This document shows positions 21,561 to 33,967 of a DNA stretch of 33,967 nt, in pieces. Within the stretch, counting starts at the first letter, position 1, and each line of letters starts with the position of its first letter. The DNA is taken from NCBI RefSeq assembly GCF_001194135.2, contig NC_068993.1, positions 29,693,286 to 29,727,252 on the forward strand, in the 5' to 3' direction. The position numbers and the translations under genes were made by a program. The stretch comes from Octopus bimaculoides. Its lineage: Eukaryota. Below the pieces are notes generated by a model. It was not told the origin of the DNA and made no database searches. It worked only from the letters and a program-made list of their open reading frames with translations.

Positions 21561-22224
21561 GTATTAGTAATTATGTATTTTTTCATATGAGTGATATCAA
21601 AATCTTTTACTTTTAAATTTTAGATTTAAAGATGAGGATTGTTCAGGTAAATCTGCTCTGCCCACTCAAAGAGANNNNNNNNNNNNNNNNNNNNNNNNNN
21701 NNNNNNNNNNNNNNNNNNNNNNNNNNNNNNNNNNNNNNNNNNNNNNNNNNNNNNNNNNNNNNNNNNNNNNNNNNNNNNNNNNNNNNNNNNNNNNNNNNNN
21801 NNNNNNNNNNNNNNNNNNNNNNNNNNNNNNNNNNNNNNNNNNNNNNNNNNNNNNNNNNNNNNNNNNNNNNNNNNNNNNNNNNNNNNNNNNNNNNNNNNNN
21901 NNNNNNNNNNNNNNNNNNNNNNNNNNNNNNNNNNNNNNNNNNNNNNNNNNNNNNNNNNNNNNNNNNNNNNNNNNNNNNNNNNNNNNNNNNNNNNTACCCT
22001 CAGACTTCAATTCTCATCATAAACCTTAAAGTAGTTACTAATATTTTGAAATTGCTTCCCCTCAGTAATACTACTATTCCTTATTGGAAATAGGTGTGGA
22101 TATTTAAAAACAGTTGTGCATGGAACTCAAGACAGAATTTAGAGTGTAGCAGATCTCTATCTCAGTTTGAACCAGGAATCTCTGTTTTTTAATTAGGTTT
22201 TAATAAACAACAAAAAAGATCTTT

Positions 22225-22300
22225 CTGGCTTGCCAGTCCTCAGTCAAATTGTCCAACCCATGCTAGCATGGAAAGCGGACGTTAAACGATGATGATGATG
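22225..22300 (+). mobile_element. Extremely 5'-truncated RTE tail (~75 bp)
   Basis: gccagtcctcagtcaaattgtccaacccatgctagcatggaaagcggacgttaaacgatgatgatgatg, nearly identical to 14519-14583. Confidence 0.9.
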
Positions 22301-22309
22301 CTGTTTCGG

Positions 22310-22600
22310 CAGTTTCTTAGTTGTGGGGAGGTTTATAAGATCTTTAATTTTTCTAGTTTTTCTCATTTTAATATCTACTCCTGTAACAAGTTCATCAAGA
22401 ATTGATACATCCTCCTGCAGAGACTCAATCTCTTTTTGTATTGCTACTTTCCACTTAAGAGGTTTCTTGACATAGTCTGATCTTTTTCTTTATAATCTTA
22501 ATGCCTAGCTGAGCAGTTACTACTTTAGCAGTGGAATAGATTATTTAAGGTTGTTAGTTCATTTCCCTTATTTCTTAAGGTCTATCTTAGAGCAAGGTTA
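22310..22600 (-). mobile_element. Possible N-terminal ORF remnant of an R4/Dong- or NeSL-like (RLE) non-LTR element
   Basis: TAKVVTAQLGIKI...KPLKWKVAIQKEIESLQEDVSILDELVTGVDIKMRKTRKIK resembles, from memory, the pre-RT region of such elements. Confidence 0.35.
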
Positions 22601-22879
22601 GATCGTGAATTTGTTGTTATTCTTTGTACTGCTTGTAAACTTTGATAGCAGTTCCTCTATCAACCATATCAGTAAACTCAATCTCACTGAGTTACCAACT
22701 GGAGCAATTCCATCATGTATTTTTGCAATTGATGAATATAAACTGCTGGATTGAAATTTCAATTAACTGCAGTTGTAGTTGTGACCAGGTAATATAAGAG
22801 TGGGAAAACCGGTGAAAAACCTAGGTCCCCCTTGATAACTGATTGAAGACCCAATAAAACAATTGGTAAAACTTCTAAC

Positions 22880-25800
22880 CAAATATCTGACTCAGGGTAA
22901 GCACATAGAGCAGCTTTCAATTGACAATGAAAACACTATCATCCCATTAGACATGGGTGGCAAGCAGTAATATGGATCCCTCAAGTACCCAGAAAGTTTG
23001 AAAGTTCAGCAAAGAGATTGGATTCAAATTGTTGACCTCTATCAGTAGGTAATGTGAGGGGAGCTCCAAAATGTGAAATCAACTCAGCTATAAGTGCTTT
23101 TGCATTTGTGAGAGATTTAATATCCTTGATGGGTACAGTTTCAGGCCATCTGGAAAAATGATCTACACAGGTCAACAAATACATATTATCCTGAATTTGT
23201 GGCAAGGGGACCACAATATCTATGTGGATATGTATAAAACGTGCATTTGGAATAGCAAAAGTGCCCAAAGGTGTCTTGATGTGGCACTGAACTTTAAGCT
23301 TTTTGGCATGAAATATATAAGCACACGCCCAATTACAAATGTCTTTTTGCATACAGGACTACACAAAGCAACTTCAAATTAATTTTGCTGTTGCCAAAAT
23401 ACCGGGATAGGATAAATTATGAAGAACTGAAAAACCTGGTAGAAACATCACACCAAATAGATGAATCTGTAAAATGTAGTGATAGTAAGTGGAGGTCTAA
23501 AGAAGGTGACTCTGATGATTGAAGATGCAAAAATTTGTCATTTGTTTCTTGATGCAACACAATTCTGCTGCGAGTTAATGGAAGCTGGAATGTGTAAAGT
23601 ATCAATGGGCACATGAGATAAGGTATGAGATGCAGAATTATCTCCCCCTTTGATGTAAGGAATATCAACAATGTATTGTGAAATAAACACTGGCTTTCTG
23701 GGTGAATATTTATCTGTAGTAACTGACATTATTACCATTTTTTAACCCCAAAAGGACACCTCTTCTAGCTGGTTATCAATGCATTCTGCACTTGATATAT
23801 ATTGCAAGCAGAGGAGCAAACTCTTACCATCTTCTAGCAATTGACAGGACCACCAGACCAGCTATTTTTGCTCATCCTCAGTGGTAGTAATGTCAGTTCA
23901 TATGGCACCAGTATAGTTACTACTTTCATCTCTTATAGAGATTTTCTAACTAGCTAGTTTGCTTTCTGCAAGGTCAGTAACTGATTGTCACTTATTTTTC
24001 TATATATTGTGAGCTGGAGTGAACTACTATCTCTAGCAGACAGGTATCCGCCACTGAAGAAGAGCAAAAATAGCCCAAAACCAGCCGATCTGGTGGTGCT
24101 GTCAAGTTACTAGAAGACAGTAGGGGTTCACTCTCCTGCTTGAAATATATATCAGGTGTAGATTGCATTGATAACCAGCTAGAGGCATCCTCTCAGGGTT
24201 AAAAAATGGTAATAACATTCGTTTGTGTGGAACAGCAATGTTGAAGGGGCAACAAACATTACTTCTCAGTATAGTTACTACTTTCATCTCTTATAATGAT
24301 TTTCCAACTATCTTCTATAGAAGTTAATTAAACCAAGGATTTCTCATAACTTGGTGATAGAAGGAACTGGAATATTGTGAATAGCATCAATTTTATCCTG
24401 CAATGGATATATCCCATCTTTATCAATAACATATCCCAGAAATGTGATGGAAGAAACACCAAGAACACATTTATTTGCATTATCATACCATGTTGTGATA
24501 GGCATTAAAAAGTTGTTCTAAATGAAGGACATGCTCCTCTTCTGTGGAATTGACTATTAATAAGTTATTAATGTAAACAAAAACAAAATCTAGACCACAT
24601 TTGACTTCATCGATAAATCTCTGAAAAGTATTAGCAGCATTACATAGACCAAAAGGTATTCAAATAAATCTGAACAAGCTAGAAGTAGTAGTTAAAGCCA
24701 TCTTAGGAATGTCTGGTAGTTCAACTGAAATCAGATTGTAAGCACGCACTAATCAATCTTTGAAAAGATAGTACTGCCATATAATGATGCAGAAAAGTCA
24801 TGAATATGAGGAATAGAATATTTATCTTGTACTGTTAAAGCATTTAAACATCGACAGTTTCCACAAGGTCACCAGATTCCTGACTTTTTAGGTTCAAGAT
24901 GTAATGGGGATGACCAATTACTGCTAGTGGGTCATAATATACCAAGGTCCAACATGTGACTAAACTCTTCCTAAGCTATTTTAAGTTTGCTCATGGCAAG
25001 ATGCCCGGGACAAGACACAACAGGTAGTCCTTTTGTAATAATATGGTGTGTCACTGTATGCACTGGAGTCTTGTCATGAAAAGCAGTCCAAGTGATATCT
25101 GGAAACTTCAGTAAAAGTTCATGGAAACAATTAGAAGGGGATGGAACAAAAAAAGAAGTGGACTGATAGTAGAAAGCTTGAAAAATGTGTCTTGCGCAGA
25201 GTAACTAATTATTTCTTAAATCAGCCAAAAGATTAAAATGATGCCAAAAAAATGTCTGTGCAGAGAATCGAGTAAGGCAAGTCTGCAACATTAAAAAAAC
25301 CCATTGAAACTGGCATTGGAGATTTATATCCAAGGTAAATGACTTTTCACCATAAGTATGAATTGGATAGTGATTATTTCCATGAATTAGTCAATAGGCT
25401 CATGGGCCAAATACTACATGCTGCTCCTGTGTCTACCAACAAATGTTATTGTAAAAATAAAACATGCGACAAATTGGTCTTTCCAGAAACATAACCACAT
25501 TTAATGTCTGGTGAGGGAGTTTTCCTGGTGTTAGACAACTGGAGTAAAGGTACACATGGAAATACACTTATGTGCATGAATTCCAAAGCAATTGTGATAC
25601 CAACAGAAAGATGTCTGCTCACTGCTAGTGCTTAGATTAAAGCATCTAGAAAATAAATGTCTGTGAGATCTTGCATGAAGACGGGAAGTACGAAACCATA
25701 AGCAAGTAATTTGATCTGTAAGATTCTGTACTTTTTGTGGGGAACTGGGAAGAAAAGGTCGGTGACATCAATAGCTGAGGAGCTCTACTGCAAGAGGAAG

Positions 25801-26870
25801 AGTGAGTAAGAATGTGGACAGAAGTAGGACCAGCATGAGTCTCTTTGGCCTCAAGCAGAGGGAGTGGACAGACATGTGATAGGTCAGATGGGTAGGGTGT
25901 GTCTTCGATTTAACCCAGCTGGACAGTCGACACTGAGAGGTAGGTGAATTGCACTTTGTCCTTTATATTTACAGTCCCCCATATTACAATTTTATTAACT
26001 GATTTGCAAAAGAAAGCTAATTCAGTAGATAGTGATGAAACGAGGATAATTTTCCGCACTACTTGAAGTCAAGGAAGAGATATCCATTATACGGTCAGCC
26101 AAATCTGCTTGCTGTTGAATGGAACCCAAGCTCCCTAATGGTTGTTAAAATCACTTGCATATTAGTGAGAAGGTGGGAAAAGAGAAGTTGCTGTAACATG
26201 TCTTTGTCCAGAGGATTATTCCCTAAACCAAGCATACCTCAGAGCAATTGTGATGGGTGTTTATTGCCTAAATTTCTTTATGGAGTTGATGAAATCATTT
26301 TTGTTTAGCTGCACCTCAGAATTTCTGTCTTCATATCTTATAGCCAGTTCTCCTGCAAATGGTTGGGAAATAAAAGATACTGCTGCTTGTATCGCTACTG
26401 AATCAGATATAATGGAAGAAATTGGGGAAGATGCCATACTGTGGATGATAACAGAATAAGAGAAAGAGAAAAGCTGATAATTACTGAACTTTAATTTTCC
26501 TGCTGGCAGATTTAACTACAAAGCAAAGTGATGCTTGAAAACTCAAAATAGTGGCAGGTAATTAGTGATACTAGAATATTGAAAACTTCTTGCATTCCAA
26601 ATGATTCAAACTGGAAAATCAGCAATAGAAAGCTCTACATTTGAATTTTTCAAAGGAAGAAATTTCATGCTGGGTGTGTAGCAGTAATTGAGATGGCTGA
26701 ACATCAATATTCATTCAAGATTTGTAGAAAGTTTGTTGTCCAAAGATGTACTTGATCTTCACTGTATGTGTAGCATTCAATTGTATATTATGGCTGTCTA
26801 ATGTCAACATTTTTTTTTGACAGTACATATGGTGTTGTCAGCTTTTATGGTGGTTTGTTCAGGGTCACCA
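22880..26870 (-). mobile_element. Old, heavily decayed Ty3/Gypsy LTR retrotransposon internal region (gag-PR-RT-RH-IN)
   Basis: PBS-like TGGTGACCC (26870-26862, complementary to tRNA-Trp 3' end); gag-like QQLLFSHLL..MQVIL...ADLADRIM; RT IPFGLCNAANTFQRFIDEV..GLDFVFVYINNLL (~24690-24550); RH end YIKGGDNSASHTLS; IN HIHIDIVVPLP, YLLTCVDHFSRWPE, TDRGQQFES. Confidence 0.93.
23729..24215. repeat. ~160-bp-arm inverted repeat (MITE or foldback) interrupting the Gypsy pol
   Basis: 23729-23885 matches the reverse complement of 24050-24215; TTAA-CCC at 23742 and GGG-TTAA at 24196-24202. Confidence 0.85.
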
Positions 26871-27484
26871 GTTTTTATGTTGGTTTAAAGTCTCCTAGCT
26901 GAAAAACTCTTGGTCTTCTGACTCATAAACAATTTGTCACACCAATTTATGGGGAAAAGGAGGGTCCAGAACACATGCAGATTAGTTGTTTGAAAATATT
27001 ACATGCAACATGATTGAACCTTCGATCCAATTCCTGTGCAACACTCATGTGATAGGTATGTTGACCAATCACTACAGATTAACGTGATGAGCCTATATAA
27101 GCCAAATGTTTTCAATATGCAATGATAGAAATTGGTGTATATCTGTGCAATGAATTTATTATTTGGGTTAAGATGGGTTGTGCAAAAGTTTTCAAAACAT
27201 TTCTGAAGTCCATTCTTGTCTATTTTATGCATTTTGCTTTAGATGGCGTCACGTATTAGGATTATCTCAGTTCTGGTTACCTGGTAGATTGTCTTTTCAA
27301 TCCCATTCTGGTTCCCCACTGGGTAATGCAGACCTTGTTCCAGCTGATGACTGATCTGGCAAGAGTTTTTGCTTGTTATTTAAACATTGATATAACAAAA
27401 GGAGATGGATTTGTTTGCTTAAAGTTAACTCTTTAAAGAACATCACTTGCAAGTTCTTTCAATTGATATGCTTCTCATATTATA

Positions 27485-30030
27485 ATCATCATCATCATCA
27501 TTGTCGTCGTCGTTTAATGTCCGCTTTCCATGCTAGCATGGGTTGGACGATTTGACTGAGGACTGGTGAAACCAGATGGCTACACCAGGCTCCAATCTGA
27601 TTTGGCAGAGTTTCTACAGCTGGATGCCCTTCCTAACGCCAACCACTCAGAGAGTGTAGTGGATGCTTTTACATGTCACCTGCACGAAGGCCAGTCAGGT
27701 GGTACTGGCAACGGCCACGCTCAAAAAGGTGTATTTTATGTGCCACCCGCACAAGAGCCAGTCCAGGGGCACTGGCAACAATCTCGCACGAAAATCCTTA
27801 CACATGTCACGGGCACAAGTGCCAGAAAGNNNNNNNNNNNNNNNNNNNNNNNNNNNNNNNNNNNNNNNNNNNNNNNNNNNNNNNNNNNNNNNNNNNNNNN
27901 NNNNNNNNNNNNNNNNNNNNNNNNNNNNNNNNNNNNNNNNNNNNNNNNNNNNNNNNNNNNNNNNNNNNNNNNNNNNNNNNNNNNNNNNNNNNNNNNNNNN
28001 NNNNNNNNNNNNNNNNNNNNNNNNNNNNNNNNNNNNNNNNNNNNNNNNNNNNNNNNNNNNNNNNNNNNNNNNNNNNNNNNNNNNNNNNNNNNNNNNNNNN
28101 NNNNNNNNNNNNNNNNNNNNNNNNNNNNNNNNNNNNNNNNNNNNACAACGCTGGGCACAGGTGCCATCCCAATTTCGCTTTTGCTTGCCCCAATAAGTCT
28201 TCGCAAGCTGAGTTTCATGTCCAATGAAGGAGATGACGTTGGCATGGGTGCCAGTCATCGAATTTAGTTCAATTTCAATTTTACTTGCCTCAAAAAGTCT
28301 TTGCAAGTGGAGTTTAGTGTCCAATGAAGGAAAGGTACGCATAAGTGGGCTGGCTACACCCCTGGCAGAAGCCTTAGATTTAGGTCTCACTTGGCTTGCC
28401 GGGTCTTCTCACACACAGCATATTTCCAAAGGTCTCGGTCAGAAGTCATCGCCTCAGTGAGGCCCAATGTTTGAAGGTCTTGCCTCACCACCTCAGCCCA
28501 GGTCTTCCTGGGATTACCTCTTCCACGAGTTCCCTCAACTGTTAGGGTTTGGCACTTTTTCAGGCAGCTATCCTCGTCCATTCTCGTCACATGTCCATAC
28601 CAGCGCAATCGTCTCTCTTGCACACCACAACTGATGCTTCTTATGTTCAGCTTTTCTTTCAAGATACTTACACTTTGTCGGGTATGCACACTGACATTAC
28701 TCATCCATCAGAGCATACTGGCTTCATTCCTTGCGAGCTTACACATGTCCTCAGCAGTCACAGCCCATGTTTCACTGCCATGTAGCATGGCTGTTCATAC
28801 NNNNNNNNNNNNNNNNNNNNNNNNNNNNNNNNNNNNNNNNNNNNNNNNNNNNNNNNNNNNNNNNNNNNNNNNNNNNNNNNNNNNNNNNNNNNNNNNNNNN
28901 NNNNNNNNNNNNNNNNNNNNNNNNNNNNNNNNNNNNNNNNNNNNNNNNNNNNNNNNNNNNNNNNNNNNNNNNNNNNNNNNNNNNNNNNNNNNNNNNNNNN
29001 NNNNNNNNNNNNNNNNNNNNNNNNNNNNNNNNNNNNNNNNNNNNNNNNNNNNNNNNNNNNNNNNNNNNNNNNNNNNNNNNNNNNNNNNNNNNNNNNNNNN
29101 NNNNNNNNNNNNNNNNNNNNNNNNNNNNNNNNNNNNNNNNNNNNNNNNNNNNNNNNNNNNNNNNNNNNNNNNNNNNNNNNNNNNNNNNNNNNNNNNNNNN
29201 NNNNNNNNNNNNNNNNNNNNNNNNNNNNNNNNNNNNNNNNNNNGCACCTGAACATCTGCCACATACAAAAACTAAATTCCTAGTTAATCTGCTTTGATAT
29301 TGCTGCACCTCTTATGTGTCCATAGCTTGCACTGGGTACATCTTATAGAGTTACTACCTACTCCTTTTCTACATATTGAGCAGGGCCATCTACCTGAAGG
29401 GGTTTGTGTTTTAGCTACCTTCCTACTTAATAGGACTTTGGTTTTAACTAGATTGACTCTAAGGCCCTTCGATTCTAGTCCCTGCTTCCACACCTGAAAC
29501 TTCTCCTCTAGTTCTGATAGTGACTCAGCAATTAGTGCAAGGTCATCAGCATAGAGGAGCTCCCAGAGGCAACCTGTCTTGAATTCCTCTGTTATAGGAC
29601 TATGATAAATAGGAGGGGGCTGAGGACAGAACCTTGGTGAACCCCTACCTCTACCCGGAATTCATTACTGTACTCATTTCCAACTCTCACCTTACTGACA
29701 GCATCTCTGTACATGGCTCGCACAGCTCTTACTAACCATTCTTCTATCCCTAGTTTCCTCATTGACCACCAGATAAGGGATCGGGGAACCCTGTCAAAGG
29801 CTTTTTCCATGTCAACGAAAGCCAGGTACAGAGGTTTATCCTTGGCTAGGTATTTCTCCTGCAGCTGTCTTACCAGAAAAATGACATCAGTGGTGCTTTT
29901 ACCTGGCACGAATCCAAACTGCATCTCATCAAAATTGATTCGCTCCCTAATTAGTTGGGTTATGACCCTCTCTGTGACTTTCATTACCTGATCTAACAGC
30001 TTGATACCTCTGTAATTATTTGTATTGTAA
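27485..30030 (-). mobile_element. 5'-truncated RTE LINE, relatively young (RT with YADD, PHD-like finger, C-terminus, repeat-rich 3' UTR, tail)
   Basis: ORF 29592-29984 QFGFVPGKSTTD...DMEKAFDRVPR...GVHQGSVLSPLLF; LWELLYADDL ~29565-29535; WPCSICRKGVGSNSIRCTQCKLWTHKRC; RLRWYGHVTRM; (ATC)n at 27485-27500. Confidence 0.95.
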
Positions 30031-30574
30031 ATTCACCTTTTTTTTTTTGTTGTATCATGTAAACATTATGATGTTTATAAATATTAAAATGTGTACATGC
30101 ATGCATAAACAGTTGGATGTAAATGTGATTAAATAATTTATGTACATATTGTTATATTAAGTGAGTTTTTCCAGAGTTCCTGATGTTGGTTTCGATTTTT
30201 TGCACATTACGATGGCATATCATGTATATATAACTGTGATAACTGCATTAAGTACCAATTTGCATCTTTAAAATGTTATCTACTGAATATCAAACTCAGG
30301 TAACTTTCACAGTTACACGTAGGGATCTTGAGACAGAAAGAAACTGGCAGGCAGCCATGAAGGAAGGTGTTATCTAAATACTATCACAGCACTGTCTATG
30401 AACTATACAAGGCGAATCCTCTTGTTTGAAACCTTTGTAATTTACCTTAATATATTTCTCTAAAGCTTTTCTGAGTCTTACATAACAATAATCAGGAATG
30501 TTGGATTTTCAGCAGATGTTGAAGATAAGATAGCACCAACAAGTTGGAATTTCTCTGCTTTGATGGGTATCTTT

Positions 30575-31185
30575 CAGAATTTTTTTCACAGTGCCGTTGA
30601 AAATGATCTGGAGCATCTTTTTAACAAAAAAAAAAAATTCAAAAAATTTTTTTTTTAAACCCCTACCCCCTGACTAACTTTGCATCCAATTTTGGTCAAT
30701 TATGTGGGTATTATGCACTTAAAGACTATAGAAGCTTTTCTGGTAGAACAAAAAATTAAATATTTTCAGACGGAAAGGTGTGCAAATTAAGGGAGATTTG
30801 ACTGTTGTTTCTAGTAAAGGTTTAGGGCCGATAAAAATCATAAATTTTCAAAAACAAACTTTTTATAATAGCATAAATGAGTATAACAGTATAAACTCAT
30901 GCTATTAAAAAAAAACTTGGAGAAGTACTTGTTAGAGTGAGAAAGAAACGAGGGAGGTGGTCATGGGATATGTTAGAAACAACAGCCAAATCTCACCTTT
31001 TCATCTGAAAATATTTACTTTTTGTTTTTTCCAAAAAGACTTCCCCTATGGTTTTTAAGTGCACAGTGCCTGTAAATTCAACAAAAATTGGTCTAAAGAG
31101 GGGGATGTGGGGTGGGGGTCAAAAAAATCTTTTTGGGTTGAAAAGATGTTCCAGATCTTTTCCAAGGGCACTGAAAAAATCAACT
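30575..31185. repeat. Degenerate inverted repeat (arms ~30575-30740 and ~31040-31185), old MITE-like
   Basis: cagtgccgttgaaaatgatctggagcatcttttt...cccc...ccaattttgg...tgcacttaaagactatag vs reverse complement cagtgcccttggaaaagatctggaacatctttt...cccc...ccaatttttg...tgcacttaaaaaccatag. Confidence 0.65.
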
Positions 31186-32388
31186 TCTGCCAGATTTTCT
31201 CTGTTTTGACAGGGATTTTCAAATTTAGGGGCGGATCTTACCTGTTTGGCTGCATGTTTTTCAATTTTTAAATTAAGTGGAAATATGTCAACATTGTAAT
31301 GATAGCACATGACCAAAAAACGAGTAAATAGCATATTTTGTAGTTTTATGTATTCAATATACATTTAATATGAAAAAAGAATAAACAACATATCTTGTAG
31401 TTTTTAAGAACAGGAAAGGATGAGTACAAGCTGGAAAACAGCATAAAATATTAGTTTATAAACAATTGCGGATTTTTGTAAATACTTTTCCAACACTTGG
31501 CTTGTTGGAAACAGGCACCTATATGTCTGTGACTTTCAATTGGCTAAAACTACCCAAAATTTGCTAACTTTAATAATTATAATTTATCTATCTATTGATA
31601 TATGGTGAAAATGAATTTCATGTCAATAATGAGTATATAAAACTACACCAGATTTTAAATCAATTGGAACAAAATTGAAAACTGGCAGTCAAACACAAAA
31701 GATCCATATTTTTCACCACACATTTCAAAATTATGGAACGAAGCTTTTTATGAAAAAATGTTTTGAAAACTTATGAGCAAACCTTGCAGACATTGGCAGG
31801 GCCAGCCTTAGGAGGTGCGAGGGCCCAATTGGGTGAGGTGAAGGAGGAATATCTGAGACTTCACCCTGGTTGCAGATGAAATGTGTGCCATGGGATTACC
31901 ACTGGAATTCATTACATATAAGAAGGTCATTAGAAGTGATTGCCTCTCTGAAATGGAAAAAAACATTCACAAAAATAAGATGGAAATTAGGACATTATAA
32001 CTCTAGTAGAAACATACAAAACCAACACTATCACAAGACTTATAACAATGATAACTGATAACTACATCCTCCACACCAACAACAATATGGACATCCCAAA
32101 CCACCATAGCATCAATGGCAATGGTAATAACAACAGCAGCAACCACAACAACAACAATAGTAACAAAGATTCTCATCTATAACTCCAACAAGTTCTATTG
32201 ATATGACAATATGATTTACTATTTAACAAAAGAGTGTGCATCCCACCATACGTGGATGGTGAGAAGAAGCAAAATTTTCTTTAGACCAGTATAATAAAAC
32301 TAGTAGGAAGCTTAGTGAGGTGGAAGCCTACCAACTTGGTTCAGTGGTCGCCAAAGACTTACAAAAGTTTAAACAGCATATTAGGAAC

Positions 32389-32643
32389 TGTGGTGTGATG
32401 GAGGAAAAAGACAACAAGAAGCAAAAGGACAGAATGAAACGTTGGACCTTACCTTGTCGACCGCAGCGGAGTACACGATCGCTCTTGATCAAAACACGTC
32501 TTTGTCGTAACCTGTCTGTTTTCTCACTGACCCACGTGCTGGCCTTCGACCGCATGTCTCCGACTTCCGGTCTGGCTTCACTTCTGTTTGCCTCACCTCT
32601 CTCCACCAACAACACACAGCTCATCACAGCCCATAACACCACA
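32389..32643 (-). mobile_element. 3' LTR (255 bp) of a young Gypsy element, with adjacent polypurine tract
   Basis: Perfect 8-bp terminal inverted repeat TGTGGTGT...ACACCACA; G-rich tract tcaggggggcg (32654-32644, minus) abuts the LTR; candidate 5-bp target site ggaac at 32384-32388. Confidence 0.85.
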
Positions 32644-33294
32644 CGCCCCCCTGATCTATAGATCATTCAACCGGCTTTCCCACTCACTCCTCGCTCCCGN
32701 NNNNNNNNNNNNNNNNNNNNNNNNNNNNNNNNNNNNNNNNNNNNNNNNNNNNNNNNNNNNNNNNNNNNNNNNNNNNNNNNNNNNNNNNNNNNNNNNNNNN
32801 NNNNNNNNNNNNNNNNNNNNNNNNNNNNNNNNNNNNNNNNNNNNNNNNNNNNNNNNNNNNNNNNNNNNNNNNNNNNNNNNNNNNNNNNNNNNNNNNNNNN
32901 NNNNNNNNNNNNNNNNNNNNNNNNNNNNNNNNNNNNNNNNNNNNNNNNNNNNNNNNNNNNNNNNNNNNNNNNNNNNNNNNNNNNNNNNNNNNNNNNNNNN
33001 NNNNNNNNNNNNNNNNNNNNNNNNNNNNNNNNNNNNNNNNNNNNNNNNNNNNNNNNNNNNNNNNNNNNNNNNNNNNNNNNNNNNNNNNNNNNNNNNNNNN
33101 NNNNNNNNNNNNNNNNNNNNNNNNNNNNNNNNNNNNNNNNNNNNNNNNNNNNNNNNNNNNNNNNNNNNNNNNNNNNNNNNNNNNNNNNNNNNNNNNNNNN
33201 NNNNNNNNNNNNNNNNNNNNNNNNNNNNNNNNNNNNNNNNNNNNNNNNNNNNNNNNNNNNNNNNNNNNNNNNNNNNNNNNNNNNNNNNNNNNNG

Positions 33295-33967
33295 ATGGTA
33301 CGATGATGCCTTTCCACCACTCCATTTCCACTTGGCCGGTATGCCGCCCTGAAGAAGCGGCTGACCTGCCACCCGTCAAGCATTTCTTTCAGCACCTCCG
33401 AGCGAAATGCAGTGCCATTATCCAGCAGCAGCTCATCCACGGGGCCTCGTTCCAGGAATATCCCATTTAATACTCCTGCGATTTCCTCTGCAGTCCCCGT
33501 CTTCATCTCCCTCCATATGGCCATCCGCCCCGGTCCGCAGTCAACCATTGAGAGGTACATCCCCTGCCGGTAGTGTGTTACATCCACTGCTAGTCGTTTC
33601 CAGTTGTGGGCCACTGGAATACTTCCTGCCTCATGTACGCCTGGAGCAGGGTCAATAGACTGGCACCTGTCACAGCTGCTAACCACTCTCTGCACGTTCC
33701 GCCTCGTTACCTCGGAGTCAACTTTCCTGGCTAGGAACAATGTCCTGCCCACTCCCATGTGATGCATGGTATGCAGTCTCCTCAACTCAGACAGCATACT
33801 GCAGCCACAGCCTGCTCCGCATCCTCTGGCACCCGCAACCAAACTCGCTTTACCCTGGTTAGGACGTCTGCCCTGTTCTTTTCGGAAGGCACAAAAATTA
33901 CGCTCAGCTCCAGATCGAACTCAGCGGTTAGCTCCCACAATATTCCCAATCGGCACTTTACCAGCAT
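33295..33967 (-). mobile_element. Young Gypsy pol: RNase H end plus integrase (one frameshift near 33785); element continues beyond the window
   Basis: FVPSEKNRADVLTR (RH end); HHCC HTMHH...CDRC; DDE core AVDVTH, LLLDNG, NGVVERHHRTI; GC- and CpG-rich compared with flanks. Confidence 0.93.

Noticed and set aside
1388-29991. Antisense ORFs over RTE copies (e.g. 2721-2996, 4627-4923, 13097-13309, 29713-29991)
   Set aside because: Shadow frames of the LINE coding strand, recurring only because the LINE is repeated.
27266-30500. Further minus-strand exon candidates (27266-27356 with two open frames; ~30447-30500 PDYCYVRLRK resembling exon A)
   Set aside because: The first has an ambiguous frame and a weak acceptor. 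The second has an upstream in-frame stop and no usable acceptor, so the similarity is probably chance.
31797-31835. cagggccagccttagg... as a hAT-type terminal inverted repeat
   Set aside because: No partner TIR, TSD or transposase found in the window.
828-33379. Long ORFs in the supplied track that span N runs (e.g. 828-1307, 19812-20648, 27566-28390, 28634-29308, 32588-33379)
   Set aside because: Length comes from assembly gaps translated as X; there is no coding evidence.

Overview
AT-rich, gap-riddled (many N runs) animal genomic DNA that is almost entirely transposon-derived. The repeat families resemble those I recall from octopod cephalopods, which is an inference and was not searched. 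It is a stack of nested, mostly decayed elements. These include several RTE-clade LINE copies (APE, RT, PHD-like finger, (GAT)n tail), Penelope-like (PLE) fragments, two Ty3/Gypsy LTR elements (one old, one young with an intact LTR and PPT), mariner and Tigger transposase relics, tRNA-derived SINEs and inverted-repeat/MITE-like elements. No intact host gene can be named. There is a compact NRF-1/ETS/YY1 promoter-like motif cluster near 16.1 kb and a few candidate exons. The most interesting signals are two hammerhead-ribozyme folds on the minus strand. One sits inside a 330-bp element that joins a Pol III tRNA-like head to a minimal hammerhead and is bounded by a 13-bp target-site duplication, suggesting a ribozyme-bearing SINE. 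Coordinates of decayed elements are approximate.
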